Shown here piece after piece: positions 22,923 to 34,869 of a stretch of DNA of 38,640 nucleotides. The notes beneath the pieces are model-generated. The model did not search any database and had not been told where the DNA came from. It worked only from the letters and a program-made list of their open reading frames with translations. The position numbers and the translations under genes were made by a program. The first letter of the stretch is position 1, and each line of letters begins with the position of its first letter. Source of the stretch: Octopus bimaculoides (Eukaryota); contig NC_068986.1 in NCBI RefSeq assembly GCF_001194135.2, positions 74,305,298 to 74,343,937 of the forward strand. The letters are read 5' to 3'.

Positions 22923-23065
22923 CCCTAGATGCAAAGGGAAGTAACTATCTCCTCTCAATGGGAGAGGGTCTTAGAAATTTGAAATCAAGGAATATGAAAG
23001 GATACAAAGAATTCGCATGTATAAATATATAGTTTAAATACATTTTTATTATTGTTATTATCTAC

Positions 23066-23380
23066 GGTGAAGTTCTTACAATTTCTTCTAGTAAGTGGTA
23101 ATGATGTATGGTACTGAGTTTGATTCCAAGATTGTGTTGTGTTGTGTTCTTGAGCAAGACACTTTATTTCGTGTTGCTCCAGTTCACTCAGCTGTAGAAA
23201 TGAGTTGTGATGTCACTGGTACCAAGCTGGATAACAGCAGGGATGTTGGCAGGGGAGGTTGGTATGCATGGGCAACTGTTGGTCTTCCATAAACAACCTT
23301 AACCGGACTTGTGACTTGGAGGGTAACTTTCAAGGTGCAATCCCATGGTCATTCATGACTGAAGGGGGTCTTTACCCTTT
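23066..23380 (+). mobile_element. SINE family F (shares the CTTGAGCAAGACACTTTATTTC...GCTCCAGTTCACTCAGCTG mid-domain with A2, different tail)
   Basis: Mid-domain similarity to 1224-1285 and 17920-17980; tail GAAGGGGGTCTTTACCCTTT. Confidence 0.65.
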
Positions 23381-23452
23381 TTATTGTTTGATGAACTTAC
23401 CAGAATGACAGCTTATTACTGTTAATGATTCCATTTATAAGATGATTTAAAC

Positions 23453-23625
23453 TGAGGTCTACATGACTTTTGGTGGGGTCTATATAAAATCTAATAGTTA
23501 AAAATTATGTCCAATAATTTTTAACAATTTTTTTAAACAATTCCTAATAATATTGCTATTTGGGTCCTGTAGGGTAAAATAGGAATCAAAGGGCTCCATA
23601 GGCAAAATATGGTTGAGAACCACTG
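23453..23625. mobile_element. Partial related hAT MITE (right end only)
   Basis: Ends in GGTTGAGAACCACTG followed by GTTTAAAC. The left TIR is not recognisable. Confidence 0.45.
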
Positions 23626-24815
23626 GTTTAAACTATAAATCTTTGGACTAAATGTGTTTTAATTTTCTTTTTCCAAAAGCTATTGGACAAGCATTGGTGA
23701 AATAAGTTCCGTTAAAATAATGAAAGTTATATAATCAGTAGTAGCCATGCAAACCCCGTGCAAGGTGATGAGAATGACTTTTCAGTACCACATCACATGG
23801 CCGATACAATAGAGAGAAAATTGAATGGTACAAATAAATGCCAAATGGAAAAAAGAGACACAACTACATTGAGTGATTAAGAGAACATTTATTGTAATAA
23901 CATGTGTGTCTGTGTGTGCGTCATGTATACAGAATAATAGACGAGCTATTATGAGAACAAAGTGTATGTGTGTGTGTAAGCATAGATGTATGTGTGTGTT
24001 AAGAACATATGAGGTTGGCAATGAAGATGATGAGAGTGAAAGAGTCTATAGCCATCGAAGTGAAAAGTAAGTTCATAGACACAAGAAAAATGAATAATAC
24101 CAGTCCATAGTTAGTTGTACATGATAGTTGAAATACTATATCAAGAAGTTGTGGCCATGATGCTGAGCCAGTTACAGGTACATGAAGTCATGGCTGTGAT
24201 GCTGCTGCCTGGGCCACTTGATACAGGAGTTCATGCAGGTTGTATATTCGCTGTTGATTCATGGTGAAGTAATTCATGAATAGTGAAGTGCTGGAACCTG
24301 GGTTAATTGCTTGCTGAGTTGAGTACATAGAGAGATGATGTTGACAATGTTAAGAAGGACATGATGGTGGTGACAAGGAAGGAGGCTGCTGTAATGTTGT
24401 TGGACAAAGTTGGTGAGTCTCAATGTAGTTGCTGCTGTTGTGGTGGTGTTGTCATCTGGTGTTGTCACTGGAACTGGCTGTGTCTAAGTGGTCAGTGGTT
24501 AGACCTTAAAAGGTCTGGAACCAAAGACCTTGAAAAGAGGGAAAGCTGAGTTTTTATAAGGAACTGTAGGCTCAAAACAGAGTAGAGAGCAGGTTGTCCC
24601 ACATGACCATATTTAGGGACGCCAACTGGTTATACACAGCAAGTTGTTGCAACAGAGTAAGAGACAATTACACCAATACCAACCAGTCTGAGTAGTGGAC
24701 ACAACATGCACGTATATATAATAAATGGGAGAGAGGAAGTTCACTCAAGTCTACGCTACAGCCTCTTTAAATTGGTTTGATTTGTAAAACTGGAATTAAT
24801 ATTGGTTATCGTTTT

Positions 24816-25035
24816 AAGGTGGTGAGCTGGCAGAATCATTAGCACACTGGGCAAAATGCTAAGCAGTATTTCGTTCGTGTTTACATTCTGAGCTCAAATT
24901 CTACCAAGGTTAACTTTGCCTTTCATCCTTTCAGGGTTGATAAAATAAGCAGTAGTTGAGCACTGGGGTCGATGTAATCGACTTACCCCTCCCCCTGGAA
25001 CTGCTAGCCATGAGCCAAAATTTGGAACCAATAGT
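24816..25035 (+). mobile_element. SINE family C (central GCCTTTCATCCTTTC..GGT.GATAAAATAAG domain, Deu/Nin-like by recall)
   Basis: Multi-copy in the window; tRNA-like head with B box. Confidence 0.8.
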
Positions 25036-26393
25036 AGTTATTGGTTAGAAAGAAAGTTGGTTGAAATAATCTTCGTTCTCACAATCCTGAGTTCAAAATA
25101 ATATCAGGATTGACCATGAAATTTTTCTCTCTATTATCAACCGAGAGGGAAGGTGTAATATAAAAGGAATCAATTCAAATTTTATGAGCAAATTCTTCAA
25201 CTGACTGCTGTTCACAGATGTTCAGGATATCTTTCAGTATCAGCTCAATGTTGACAGTGAGCAATGAACAGCAGTATGGTCATGTCCCTCAGATGACCAA
25301 CAGAATAACAGGAAGATATCTGCGCTGTTTGATATACAGCCAGAGTTTCCATTCAAAGCAGGACATTATTTAGGAACCAATTCCATGGGTCGATGAACTC
25401 TGTCTGACCTTTCAAAGCTATAGCAAAACTCTGATAAAGGATAGGGATGCTGTGCCTAGTGATGATCCTGTAACACTGATGACAGAACAGGATGTGTGTT
25501 GGGTTTATCACTGAACCCAGTACAAGAGCAAGTTGTGGTCAAGTGATGATGATAATGGTTCAATCAATTACAGCTGTCCCTCTCATAAAATTGGTATAGT
25601 GCCTTAAAAACAGATCAATATTAGTCATTGGTGAATCTGCCAAAGAGATAAATAGCTTATGACTAGTTGTGAATTCAAAGTGAGTTGTTGATCACTGTCT
25701 GAGAAAAGCTAGCAGCGTGTATCAATCAAGATACTGACTAAATGGCCTTCCTCTATCCTCCTTAATAAAACAGTTCATTAAGATTTCCTACATCTTAATC
25801 TCCATTCACAAGCCTGCTGTGATACAATTAGTAGTGTTTCTATTACAAGCTGTTATTTACAACAAAAGGCTACATTAAGTTTTATTACAATTGTAATACA
25901 AGCCATCTCTTTGGTACCCCAGCCCAACCTCTATGCAACTTGCAAAATTGAACAAGACTGTGGAGAAGCATAATGCTAATTGTTGTGTTTACTTCTTGTC
26001 GAGCTTCGTTGTTCCTCATTAAAACTGTTAGAAAAAAGAGAGAGAGAGAGAGGACAACTTCATTATGCTTCATTATGAATTCTCCAATGCCGTTTTGTTG
26101 GTATTTTTTAACATCTACTCATGAAATTGATGTTATCTTTTGATAGACTAAATAATGAAAGAATACACAGCTTTTAACAATTAGAATTACAAAATGTATT
26201 CTGTGAATATACTTATATCCTTTGAATGGGAGGTGAAATAGTTCAAATAGATTCTTAGTGGTATATTCAATTATTTAGTTCAGTGTCTGAGCGGTTGTAT
26301 GTTCAAATTATAGTAGAGATAACTTTGTCCTTATTTCCTTATTTGATGAAAGATCAGGAGAGAGATTTTTTTTCCAGACTCTTAGATCATTCC

Positions 26394-26779
26394 GTGGAGG
26401 CACAATGGCCCAGTGGTTAGGGCAGCGGACTTGCGGTCATAGGATCGAGGTTTCGATTCCCAGACCGAGCGTTGTGAGTGTTTATTGAGCAAAAACACCT
26501 AAAACTCCACGAGGTTCTGGCAGGGGATGGTAACGAACCCTGCTGTACTCTTTCACCACAACTTTCTCTCACTCTTACTTCCTGTTTCTGTTGTACCTGT
26601 AATTCAAAGGGTCAGCCTTGTCACACTGTGTCACGCTGAATATCTCTGAGAACTACGTTAAGGATACACGTGTCTGTGGAGTACTCAGCCACTTGCATGT
26701 TAATTTCACGAGCAGGCTGTTCCGTTGATCGGATCGACTGGAACCCTTGTCGTCGTCAGCAACGGAGTGCCAATAACAA
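26394..26779 (+). mobile_element. SINE family A, full length
   Basis: Homologous to 19363-19738; 13-bp TSD CTTAGATCA(T/C)TCC. Confidence 0.9.
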
Positions 26780-26957
26780 CTTAGATCACTCCAGAACAAA
26801 GAGATTGTTCATCATCAGCTTTACAAATGTGACCATTCAGTTTTCTTTTTAGGCACAGTATATTAGGAGTATATTATCCTGTGTTTCATTTTTTTTTTTT
26901 AAGATGGTAATGCAAGGTTCCAATGAGATTTGGCTGCATTTCAAACAATCATATAAA

Positions 26958-27059
26958 TTGCTTCAACAATGCACATACTAGAATTGGAATAATACAGAGA
27001 TGATTAGCATGGCCCCTATACAAGGACGATATGCAAATTCATGAAGCATTCCATATTTT
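26958..27059 (+). pseudogene. RNU6: U6 snRNA processed pseudogene, nearly full length, with short A tail and 11-bp TSD
   Basis: CATACTAGAATTGGAATAATACAGAGATGATTAGCATGGCCCCTATACAAGGACGATATGCAAATTCATGAAGCATTCCATATTTT aligns to U6, and the ACAGAGA box is present. Many substitutions fall at CpG positions. AATCATATAAA flanks it at 26947-26957 and 27064-27074. Confidence 0.92.
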
Positions 27060-28035
27060 AAAAAATCATATAAAGGTTTTCTTATTAAACCATTGTAGTT
27101 CATAAAGCTATATACCAGTAAGTAATTATCTCTAATGACATCATTTAATTACACAGCTGACAAAATTAGTTTTGTGCCGAGTCAAAAATCTATATATCAT
27201 TACAATAATAAGTTCATATCCACCTACTTCTGTGTAATACTAAGCATATAACATGAATAGAGAACGAGGCAGAGGAAGAGAAATGCAGATGAGCTGAAAG
27301 AAAGATATAGACAGAGACAGGAGATACATGCAAGAGAAAGAAGGTAAATTTGAAGAGAATGAAGACAGAGCAGGAGAAGGAAGAATTTCAAGATATAGCC
27401 ATGTCACTATATCTGTACTTATCTCATTCTCTTATATCCCCCTCTCTTTCTCTCTCTCCCTCTCTACATTTGTTTGAAGTGTTTTTGAATTGTAGCTTAG
27501 TGTATAAATTAATTACTTTGCTACAAGAGTTCAGAAAATGCTAAGAATTTCTCTATACATGTATATACATATTTATGAACATCAGCATGTGTTGCATGTA
27601 TGCACGTTTGTTTGTGTGTGTGTGTGTAAGTATATATCTGAAGGCTAAGTGAAAGTCAGGATGTAACTGAAGAAGCAGTCATGTTAAGCTTATTTGTAAA
27701 TATCCTCAGGTTATTGTTGCAATTATAACAATAAATTAAAATAAGTATATTTCAACTTTTAATATTTGTATATTTTTATTCATTTAACCTTTTAATGATT
27801 ATTGGATTGCAGCCATGCTGGAGTGCTGCCTTCAAGGGTTTAGCTGAGCATATCAACCTCCAGTAATTATCTTTAAGTTGGGTACTTATTTCATCATGAT
27901 GTATTTGACAAAACCCCTATGTCACTCTGCCTCAATATCATCACTGGTTTTAGCAGCATCAATATAAACACAGAGTCATACACATAAATTTATATATATA
28001 TAAAGATAGTTATGGCTGGTCTATGGGGTTATCCA

Positions 28036-28408
28036 TGGAGGCGCAATGGCCCATTGGTTAGGGCAGCGGACTTGCGGTCGTAGGATCGCGGTTTCGATTC
28101 CCAGACTGGGCGTTGTGAGTGTTTATTGAGCAAAAACACCTAAAGCTCCACAAGGCTCCTGCAGGGGATGGTGGCGAACCCTGCTGTACTCTTTCACCAC
28201 AACTTTCGCTTCCTGTTTCTGTTGTACCTGTATTTCAAAAGGGTCAGCCTTGTCACACTGTGTCATGCTGAATCTCCTCGAGAACTACATAAGGGTACAC
28301 GTGTCTGTGGAGTGCTCAGCTACTTGCACATTCATTTCATGAGCAGGCTGTTCCGTTGATGGGATCAACTGGAACCCTCGTGGTCGTAACCGACGGAGTG
28401 CCAACAGC
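28036..28408 (+). mobile_element. SINE family A, full length
   Basis: Homologous to 19363-19738; 13-bp TSD ATGGGGTTA(T/C)CCA. Confidence 0.9.
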
Positions 28409-28789
28409 ATGGGGTTACCCAGGGTTTCACATCCATAAAGTGCTTAGCTTTACAGCATCTCTTCTTACCCTAACAGCCGGTGGCCTTTAACCTCTCTTCA
28501 AAGAGGAGGAGAAAAGATCTCATGGCTAGTTGTTGAACACACAGACAAAGGAGAAGGGTTGAACATGGATGATTGTCTCTCATAGACCGCTATATGTAAT
28601 CGACCTTGTCAGCTTGTGGGTTCCAAGACTTCAGTAGGTGTCTACTAAAGTGTAAGCAGGGTCCAAAGGCTTCTGTCCTGAAATTTAAGATGTTCCCCAG
28701 GTCAAGGGAGTTCTTTAATATTCTTGCCTGTTCAGCTATGTAGAGCCTGCAATACTTGCTCCTGAGCCCGAAATTTTTTTTTTCTTTTG

Positions 28790-28964
28790 GTGGGGGCAGT
28801 CAATTAGATCGACCTCAGTATGCAACTGGTATTTAATCTATCAACCTCGAAAGAATGAAAGGCAAAGCTGACCTTGATGGAATTTGAACTCAGAACATAA
28901 AGACAGACGAAATACCACTAAGCATATCGCCCGGCGTGCTAACGTTTGTGCCAGCTCACCGCCT
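28790..28964 (-). mobile_element. SINE family C
   Basis: Reverse complement of the family C head and core. Confidence 0.8.
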
Positions 28965-29069
28965 CGCTTATTCCATTATTATAGTCAATATGTATCCATA
29001 GTTGCTGTTGTATGTTAGTTAAAGTACGTATTAAAATTGAGAATTATGGAAATACTACTTGTAGAGTTA

Positions 29070-30300
29070 TCTATATATATAAAAATGAGAATGTGTGTCT
29101 GTCTGTCTGTGTGTGTGAATCCCTAAAACTCGAGAACTACGCAACCAATTTCATTCAAATTTTACAGATGCCTTACTTAGGGTTCCAGTTGTGTTTTAGT
29201 CAAAACAAATTTTTAACTTCTTGCAGAGTTCGAGCCCACGGCAACATAATATCTCCTCCACTATTTAAGTATTACGTGTCAAAAGTGAAACAAAAACACT
29301 CATGTCAAATACTTTCACTTTAAAAATGAAACTATTCCACTAACTGAAACAATCACATTTCGATACTGTAATGACANNNNNNNNNNNNNNNNNNNNNNNN
29401 NNNNNNNNNNNNNNNNNNNNNNNNNNNNNNNNNNNNNNNNNNNNNNNNNNNNNNNNNNNNNNNNNNNNNNNNNNNNNNNNNNNNNNNNNNNNNNNNNNNN
29501 NNNNNNNNNNNNNNNNNNNNNNNNNNNNNNNNNNNNNNNNNNNNNNNNNNNNNNNNNNNNNNNNNNNNNNNNNNNNNNNNNNNNNNNNNNNNNNNNNNNN
29601 NNNNNNNNNNNNNNNNNNNNNNNNNNNNNNNNNNNNNNNNNNNNNNNNNNNNNNNNNNNNNNNNNNNNNNNNNNNNNNNNNNNNNNNNNNNNNNNNNNNN
29701 NNNNNNNNNNNNNNNNNNNNNNNNNNNNNNNNNNNNNNNNNNNNNNNNNNNNNNNNNNNNNNNNNNNNNNNNNNNNNNNNNNNNNNNNNNNNNNNNNNNN
29801 NNNNNNNNNNNNNNNNNNNNNNNNNNNNNNNNNNNNNNNNNNNNNNNNNNNNNNNNNNNNNNNNNNNNNNNNNNNNNNNNNNNNNNNNNNNNNNNNNNNN
29901 NNNNNNNNNNNNNNNNNNNNCTACCCTTTCAGATATACTTACATTGTGATTTCTGCAATGTGGTGCATAAATTGTCAAGTAAATGAGACGCATCTTTGCC
30001 TCCACTGATTCATTTGCAAAGTGTTGAGTAAAATTATTTCGTTGCAGACCTCCTTTGAGTCTTTTTATTATCACTGCGACACACATAGTCCCCAGTTGGT
30101 AACATTGATTTCAAGGCCTTCCCAGATGAGAGACTGGCATTCCACTTAATGTCTATGTTCCATGCTGGCATGGATTGGAGAGTTATTAATGTAGAAATAT
30201 GGTATCGTAGCTACTAACAGTTGAGGGTTGCGTAGTCTAGACGGCGTTTTTAGATTTCATTATTCTCTTTAACCCGGGCAAAGCCAGGTATTTCTGCTAG
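29070..30300 (+). mobile_element. Probable non-autonomous Helitron spanning a gap
   Basis: 5' end A|TCTATATATATAAAAATG. 3' GC-rich hairpin ACCCGGGCAAAGCCAGGT about 8 nt before CTAG|T. It sits in an A|T site with no TSD. Continuity across the N gap at 29377-29920 cannot be verified. Confidence 0.7.
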
Positions 30301-30982
30301 TTGTATAATAAAACACCCAAAAATTTCCACTTTCCTGTTTTCTTACATACATACATACATACATATATTCACACACACATACATACACACACATACACAT
30401 GCACGAGCACACATTTGGCTTCTATATTGTTGCTGTCTATATAATTTCACTCTAGCATTAATCAACTTGAGGTTATGGTAGAAGACTCTTTACTCAGGCT
30501 GCTATGCAGTGGAATCAAATCAAGAGTCACATGATTTCAAAGTGAAACCATGCTTTTACTTATATAACTAAGGCTTTTTTGGGAATCTACAGTTCTGTGG
30601 GACAGCTGTACTTTTATTCAATGGTGCCATATTTTCAAGTGAATCTTTATGAACTTTTCTTTAATATGAATACAAGGATGTAATACAACATATTAAAATC
30701 TGCTAAGTCTTAGTCGTACAGCAGCAAAATGATATCATAGAGAGGCTATTGATTATTATCTTCTATTTTGTTGTCTAGTAAGGATTGTTTATTTCTCAGT
30801 GTAAAGTGAAAAATAATAGATGCCATCTCTCAAGATGGAAGACGTGATACTTGTGTAACAAGGGCTGTAACTTTCAGAGATGTTGTCACCGACACAACCC
30901 ATTCAGTACTACCAATGGGACTTTTACAATATCAAAAGTATCGAATGTTTCAAGCAAAATTAATTTTCAAAAGAAATTTATA

Positions 30983-31399
30983 TACTCTTTTATTCTTTTA
31001 CTCTTTTACTTGTTTCAGTCATTTGACTGCGGCCATGCTGGAGCACCGCCTTTTTAGTCGAGCAAATCGACCCCAGGACTTATTCTTTGGAAGCCTAGTA
31101 CTTATTCTATCGGTCTCTTTTGCCAAACCGCTAAGTTACGGGGACGTAAACACACCACCATCGGTTGTCAAGAGATGCTGGGGGGACAAACACAGACACA
31201 CAAACATACACAAACACACATATATATACATATATATAACGGGCTTCTTTCAGTTTCTGTCTACCAAATCTACTCACAAGGCTTTGGTCGGCCCGAGGCT
31301 ATAGTAGAAGACACTTGTCCAAGGTGCCATGCAGTGGGAATGAACCCAGAACCATGTGGTTGGTAAGCAAGCTACTTACCACACAGCCACTCCTGCGCC
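30983..31399 (-). mobile_element. SINE family B, full length
   Basis: Homologous to 17063-17484; (TAAAAGAG)n-type tail. Confidence 0.9.
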
Positions 31400-32200
31400 A
31401 TGATTCTCTATAAACTTTCAACCATCTTACAAATTTCAAAATAACCATGGAATTTCCACAATTTCTGCCAGTAAATCACTATTTTATCAGCTAATTTTTA
31501 TTTCCTTCTTATCCAAGCATCTTCTCCTTATATTTTCTACGCCCATCTGACTATATCTGCTTGTCGGTCTGTCTCTCTTTCTTTCTTCTGCCATTTATTT
31601 CACACTCCTTCCACTCTATTTCATCTTCACGGTATGTATATATCAATGCATGCATGTATGTATATATATGTTAGATCACTCCATGGCCAGGTCACTCTTA
31701 GTGCTACTGGTAACATGTAACCCAGTACAACCTGTCACATGGTAGGGCTATCAGCAGCAACTATACTAGCAACTCCATCATGCCCTTGCTGGGTAAGGAG
31801 GGTGGGTTTTCATTGGTCACCCTGTGGGATGAAAAGCAAAATCAGTCAAAGGAAGGATGAACTCAGTAGAATCAACAGCCATCCAACAGCTAGGAGTAAG
31901 AGACTCCGAAGGAAATTTCAAAATAACATTCGTCTCATTACAAAGCCAAATATCTTGCTTTTGCATGTTTCTGGACTACTTGGCTCTGTAGGTCAGCATT
32001 TTAGTGGCATTGTACAAACTCTATTGATTTTAATTTTCAGCACTGGCGTAATTTGTTAGTGGTGGTGGGAAAGGATCAAATAGCTACAGGTTTCTCCTGT
32101 ATTTTGCTTGATATGAACTGCTCTTTCCTCATCACATAAGACTTGTACTTCATATCTCTGTGTATCACTTTGTTCACTTCACCACTTTGAGCTGTTTGAT

Positions 32201-32340
32201 GATGGCATTCATTGACTCATTGGCATGTTCACTGACTTACTGTGGTGCTCATTGACTCACCAGAGTGTTCATTGACTCATTAGGGTATTCATTAACTTAC
32301 TGGGGTGTTTGTTGACTCACTGAGGCATTCACTGACTTGC
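32201..32340. repeat. 20-bp-period minisatellite, 7 diverged units
   Basis: Consensus approximately TGGGGTGTTCATTGACTCAC; TGACTCA at 32213, 32253, 32273 and 32313. Confidence 0.85.
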
Positions 32341-32659
32341 CTGTTGATGACATCCTAGACGTATAAGATCAACACAGCTATCCTGACAACATCTAGCTAT
32401 TGAGAATGTTTTTCTTCTTCCTTCCATACATGATACAACCCTACCACAGGCCTCATCTCTTTTTTTGGACATGAACATGACCATGAATGTCCCTAGTCAT
32501 GTTCAAGAAATTGATGATCTTCAGGTCGCTGTGGTTGGCATGCCTCTTCATTTCCTGTGTCAGATTACAACCTGCCATATTGGTATTGTTAATGTATCTG
32601 AAATAGAACTGGAAAAGCTACAATTTGGACCATGCTGCCATAATGTTACAGAAGATCAT

Positions 32660-33290
32660 TATATTGATATTGATCTTAAGAAGACAACATTTTTTTAACG
32701 GAAATCTTTTCTTGGATTTGACCAAGTAAAATGAAAAGCTGCTGAAAACATGATAGAAGTAATTTTGGATCAACTTGTGAAAAACGAAATACCATTATAA
32801 AACTGTCGATCATTCTGCTATGACAACGCTGCAGATACACTTGTTTATAAAAATAGTGTTCAACAGAGGATTAATGAAAAAAAACTAAGTTATTTTTGCA
32901 AATAGCAATAATCTTTCTCTCAATTTGATTGAATTGCATGCTGGTAACCATAATATATTGATGGCAAATTTCTTTTGGAGCAATTCTGTTGCTTTATTCA
33001 TTCTTTTTCTGCTGAACACTGTTGGCAAAAAAGAAAAGATGCCATATCAGACGTCAATGGATTTCCTGGACAGAGTCTGTGAAGCCAGTTCATGAAAACT
33101 CTAATATGATAGTGAAATTTTTGCAAAGAATGGTTGATTATGAAAATGAAACGGTTAATACAAGAGGGGACAAGGCAGGTTCTGAATCAAATTTTAGCTT
33201 TTAATTCCTTGGTTTTGATTTAATTTTGGAATAAGGTCGTTATTGAATGGACCATGTTCAAAAACAACTACGAAATCAAAATCGTAACAA
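32660..33290 (+). pseudogene. Decayed hAT transposase (ZMYM1-like type), catalytic region
   Basis: With stops and frameshifts: KSFLGFDQVK*KAAENMIEVILDQLVKNEIPL*NCRSFCYDNAA, SLNLIELHA, RQWISWTESVKPVHEN, TRGD, FWNKVVIE and DHVQKQL. These match the hAT motifs ESFLGF, CRxQxYDNAA, HSLNL and TRW in order. Confidence 0.75.
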
Positions 33291-33424
33291 ACTTTTGTAG
33301 TGCTACTTAAGATTGATGGTCCTTCATATTTATTATTTAAACAGTTTTAGATCCTCGACTAGTTATCAATTGAAGTTGTGTTGAAACTATGTGATAAATA
33401 AGATATTTGAGTTATAATTATCAC

Positions 33425-33636
33425 CATTATATTGGTTTCAAATTTTGGCACAAGGCCAGCAATTTTAAGGGAGGGGAAGATTAATTACATCAACCCTAGT
33501 ATTCAACTGGTACTTAATTTATCAATCCCAAAACATAAAAGGCAAAGTTGACCTCTGCAGAATTTGAACTCAGAATGTACAGACAGACGAAATGCTATTT
33601 AGCATTTTTCCCAGCATGCTAACGATTCTGCCAGTT
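33425..33636 (-). mobile_element. SINE family C
   Basis: Reverse complement of the family C head, core and tail. Confidence 0.8.
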
Positions 33637-33789
33637 TCAAACATCAAAAACGTCACTCTCTCTGGAACTGAAAAGATTCAACAAAAACTGCAAAAAGAGT
33701 TTAATATAAACAGAACAAACTGTTACACCAATAAAAAGATAAAGAAAATATAAGATCCAGTATAAATTCTAGATCTTTTATAAATTTAA

Positions 33790-34221
33790 CCCTTTAGTAT
33801 TCAGATTATTCTGTCAAATGTATTCACATCATTTTGAATTAATCCGGCATTATTTCAGAGCTTTGAGATTTCATTGATGGGATTGCTTATTTGTAAAATG
33901 ACACTGCAGGGTAGGTGCAAAAGGCCAGCTCTGACCACTTTGAAGAGAAAATAGGTGGAATATTTTGAGCCAGATATGGCAGTTTAACCTTTTTGTTACC
34001 GTATTTATTTTGATATGATATGTGTTTCTTTCAATTACTTTAAATATAACAAAGAATTAAGTAAAATAACTTAGTTATCATTCAGCTGGTGTTAGGAACA
34101 TAAATTGTGACTAAAGTTTGGTGGAAGATTTTAATTCAAAACTTATGAAAACAAAACATTTGTACTCACAGCTAGGGCCAGTTTCAGCTGGGTTGGTAAC
34201 AAAAGGGTTAAATGCTAAAGG
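33790..34221. mobile_element. piggyBac-type MITE (outer), interrupted near its right end
   Basis: Starts TTAA|CCCTTTAGTATT and ends AATGCTAAAGG|TTCA (degenerate TIR and TSD). Confidence 0.7.
33988..34207. mobile_element. piggyBac-type MITE (inner, 220 bp) nested in the outer MITE
   Basis: TIRs CCTTTTTGTTACC and GGTAACAAAAGGG (1 mismatch); TTAA at 33984-33987 and 34208-34211. Confidence 0.88.
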
Positions 34222-34567
34222 TTCAAACGCACATCATATATATATACGTAGTGACATTGTGAAAATAAGGGTTAAAGTTCCATTATTTTTAGTAGAAGAT
34301 AAAATGCTTGTCAACAATATGCTTCAATCTTTCAATGTTTATGCAGAAAGAGTTCCTGTCTCTCTTGAAGACATCTTTGAAATGTGTATGGAGCCATCTT
34401 TGCGTTTTCTTGCCAGAGGCCAGCTTCTCATAGGATCCTTCCGTCTGACATTTGGTGTGTATACAAACACCCATATATGCATACACACACACACACACAC
34501 ACACACATGCACACACAATTTGGTCTGCGGTAACAAATGTTTGTATAGCAGTTGTTTAACAACAACA

Positions 34568-34869
34568 CATCATTTAAGCGAGGTCGTTGCCAGTGCCGCT
34601 GGACTGGCTCCCGTGCAGGTGGCACATAAAAAACACCTTTCTGAGCATGGCCATTGCCAGTACCATGTGACTGGCCCTCGTGCCGGTGGCACGTAAAAGC
34701 ATCCACTACACTCCGGAGTGGTTGGCATTAGGAAGGGTATCCAGCTGTAGAAACTCTGCCAGATCAGATTGGAGCCTGGTGCAGCCGTCTGGCTTGCCAG
34801 TCCTCAGTCAAATCGTCCAACCCATGCCAGCATGGAAAGCGGACGTTAAACGATGATGATGATGATGAT
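34568..34869 (+). mobile_element. Family D
   Basis: Internal duplicated GCCAGT.CC...GACTGGC..CGTGC.GGTGGCAC unit and (GAT)n tail. Confidence 0.8.

Noticed and set aside
24010-24560. GA/GT-rich stretch with short ORFs on both strands, possibly a LINE remnant
   Set aside because: Manual translation gave no endonuclease or RT motif I could recognise.
25215-25520. Nearly open + frame ending in WVYH, reminiscent of mariner DETWVYH
   Set aside because: Only 4 residues match, and the upstream TGDE and other motifs are absent.
31739-32059. 106-aa ORF, possibly a LINE 5' region
   Set aside because: No recognisable domain; too weak to assign.
34118-34696. 192-aa ORF
   Set aside because: Reads through a piggyBac MITE end, a (CA)n tract and a family D repeat; composite non-coding sequence.
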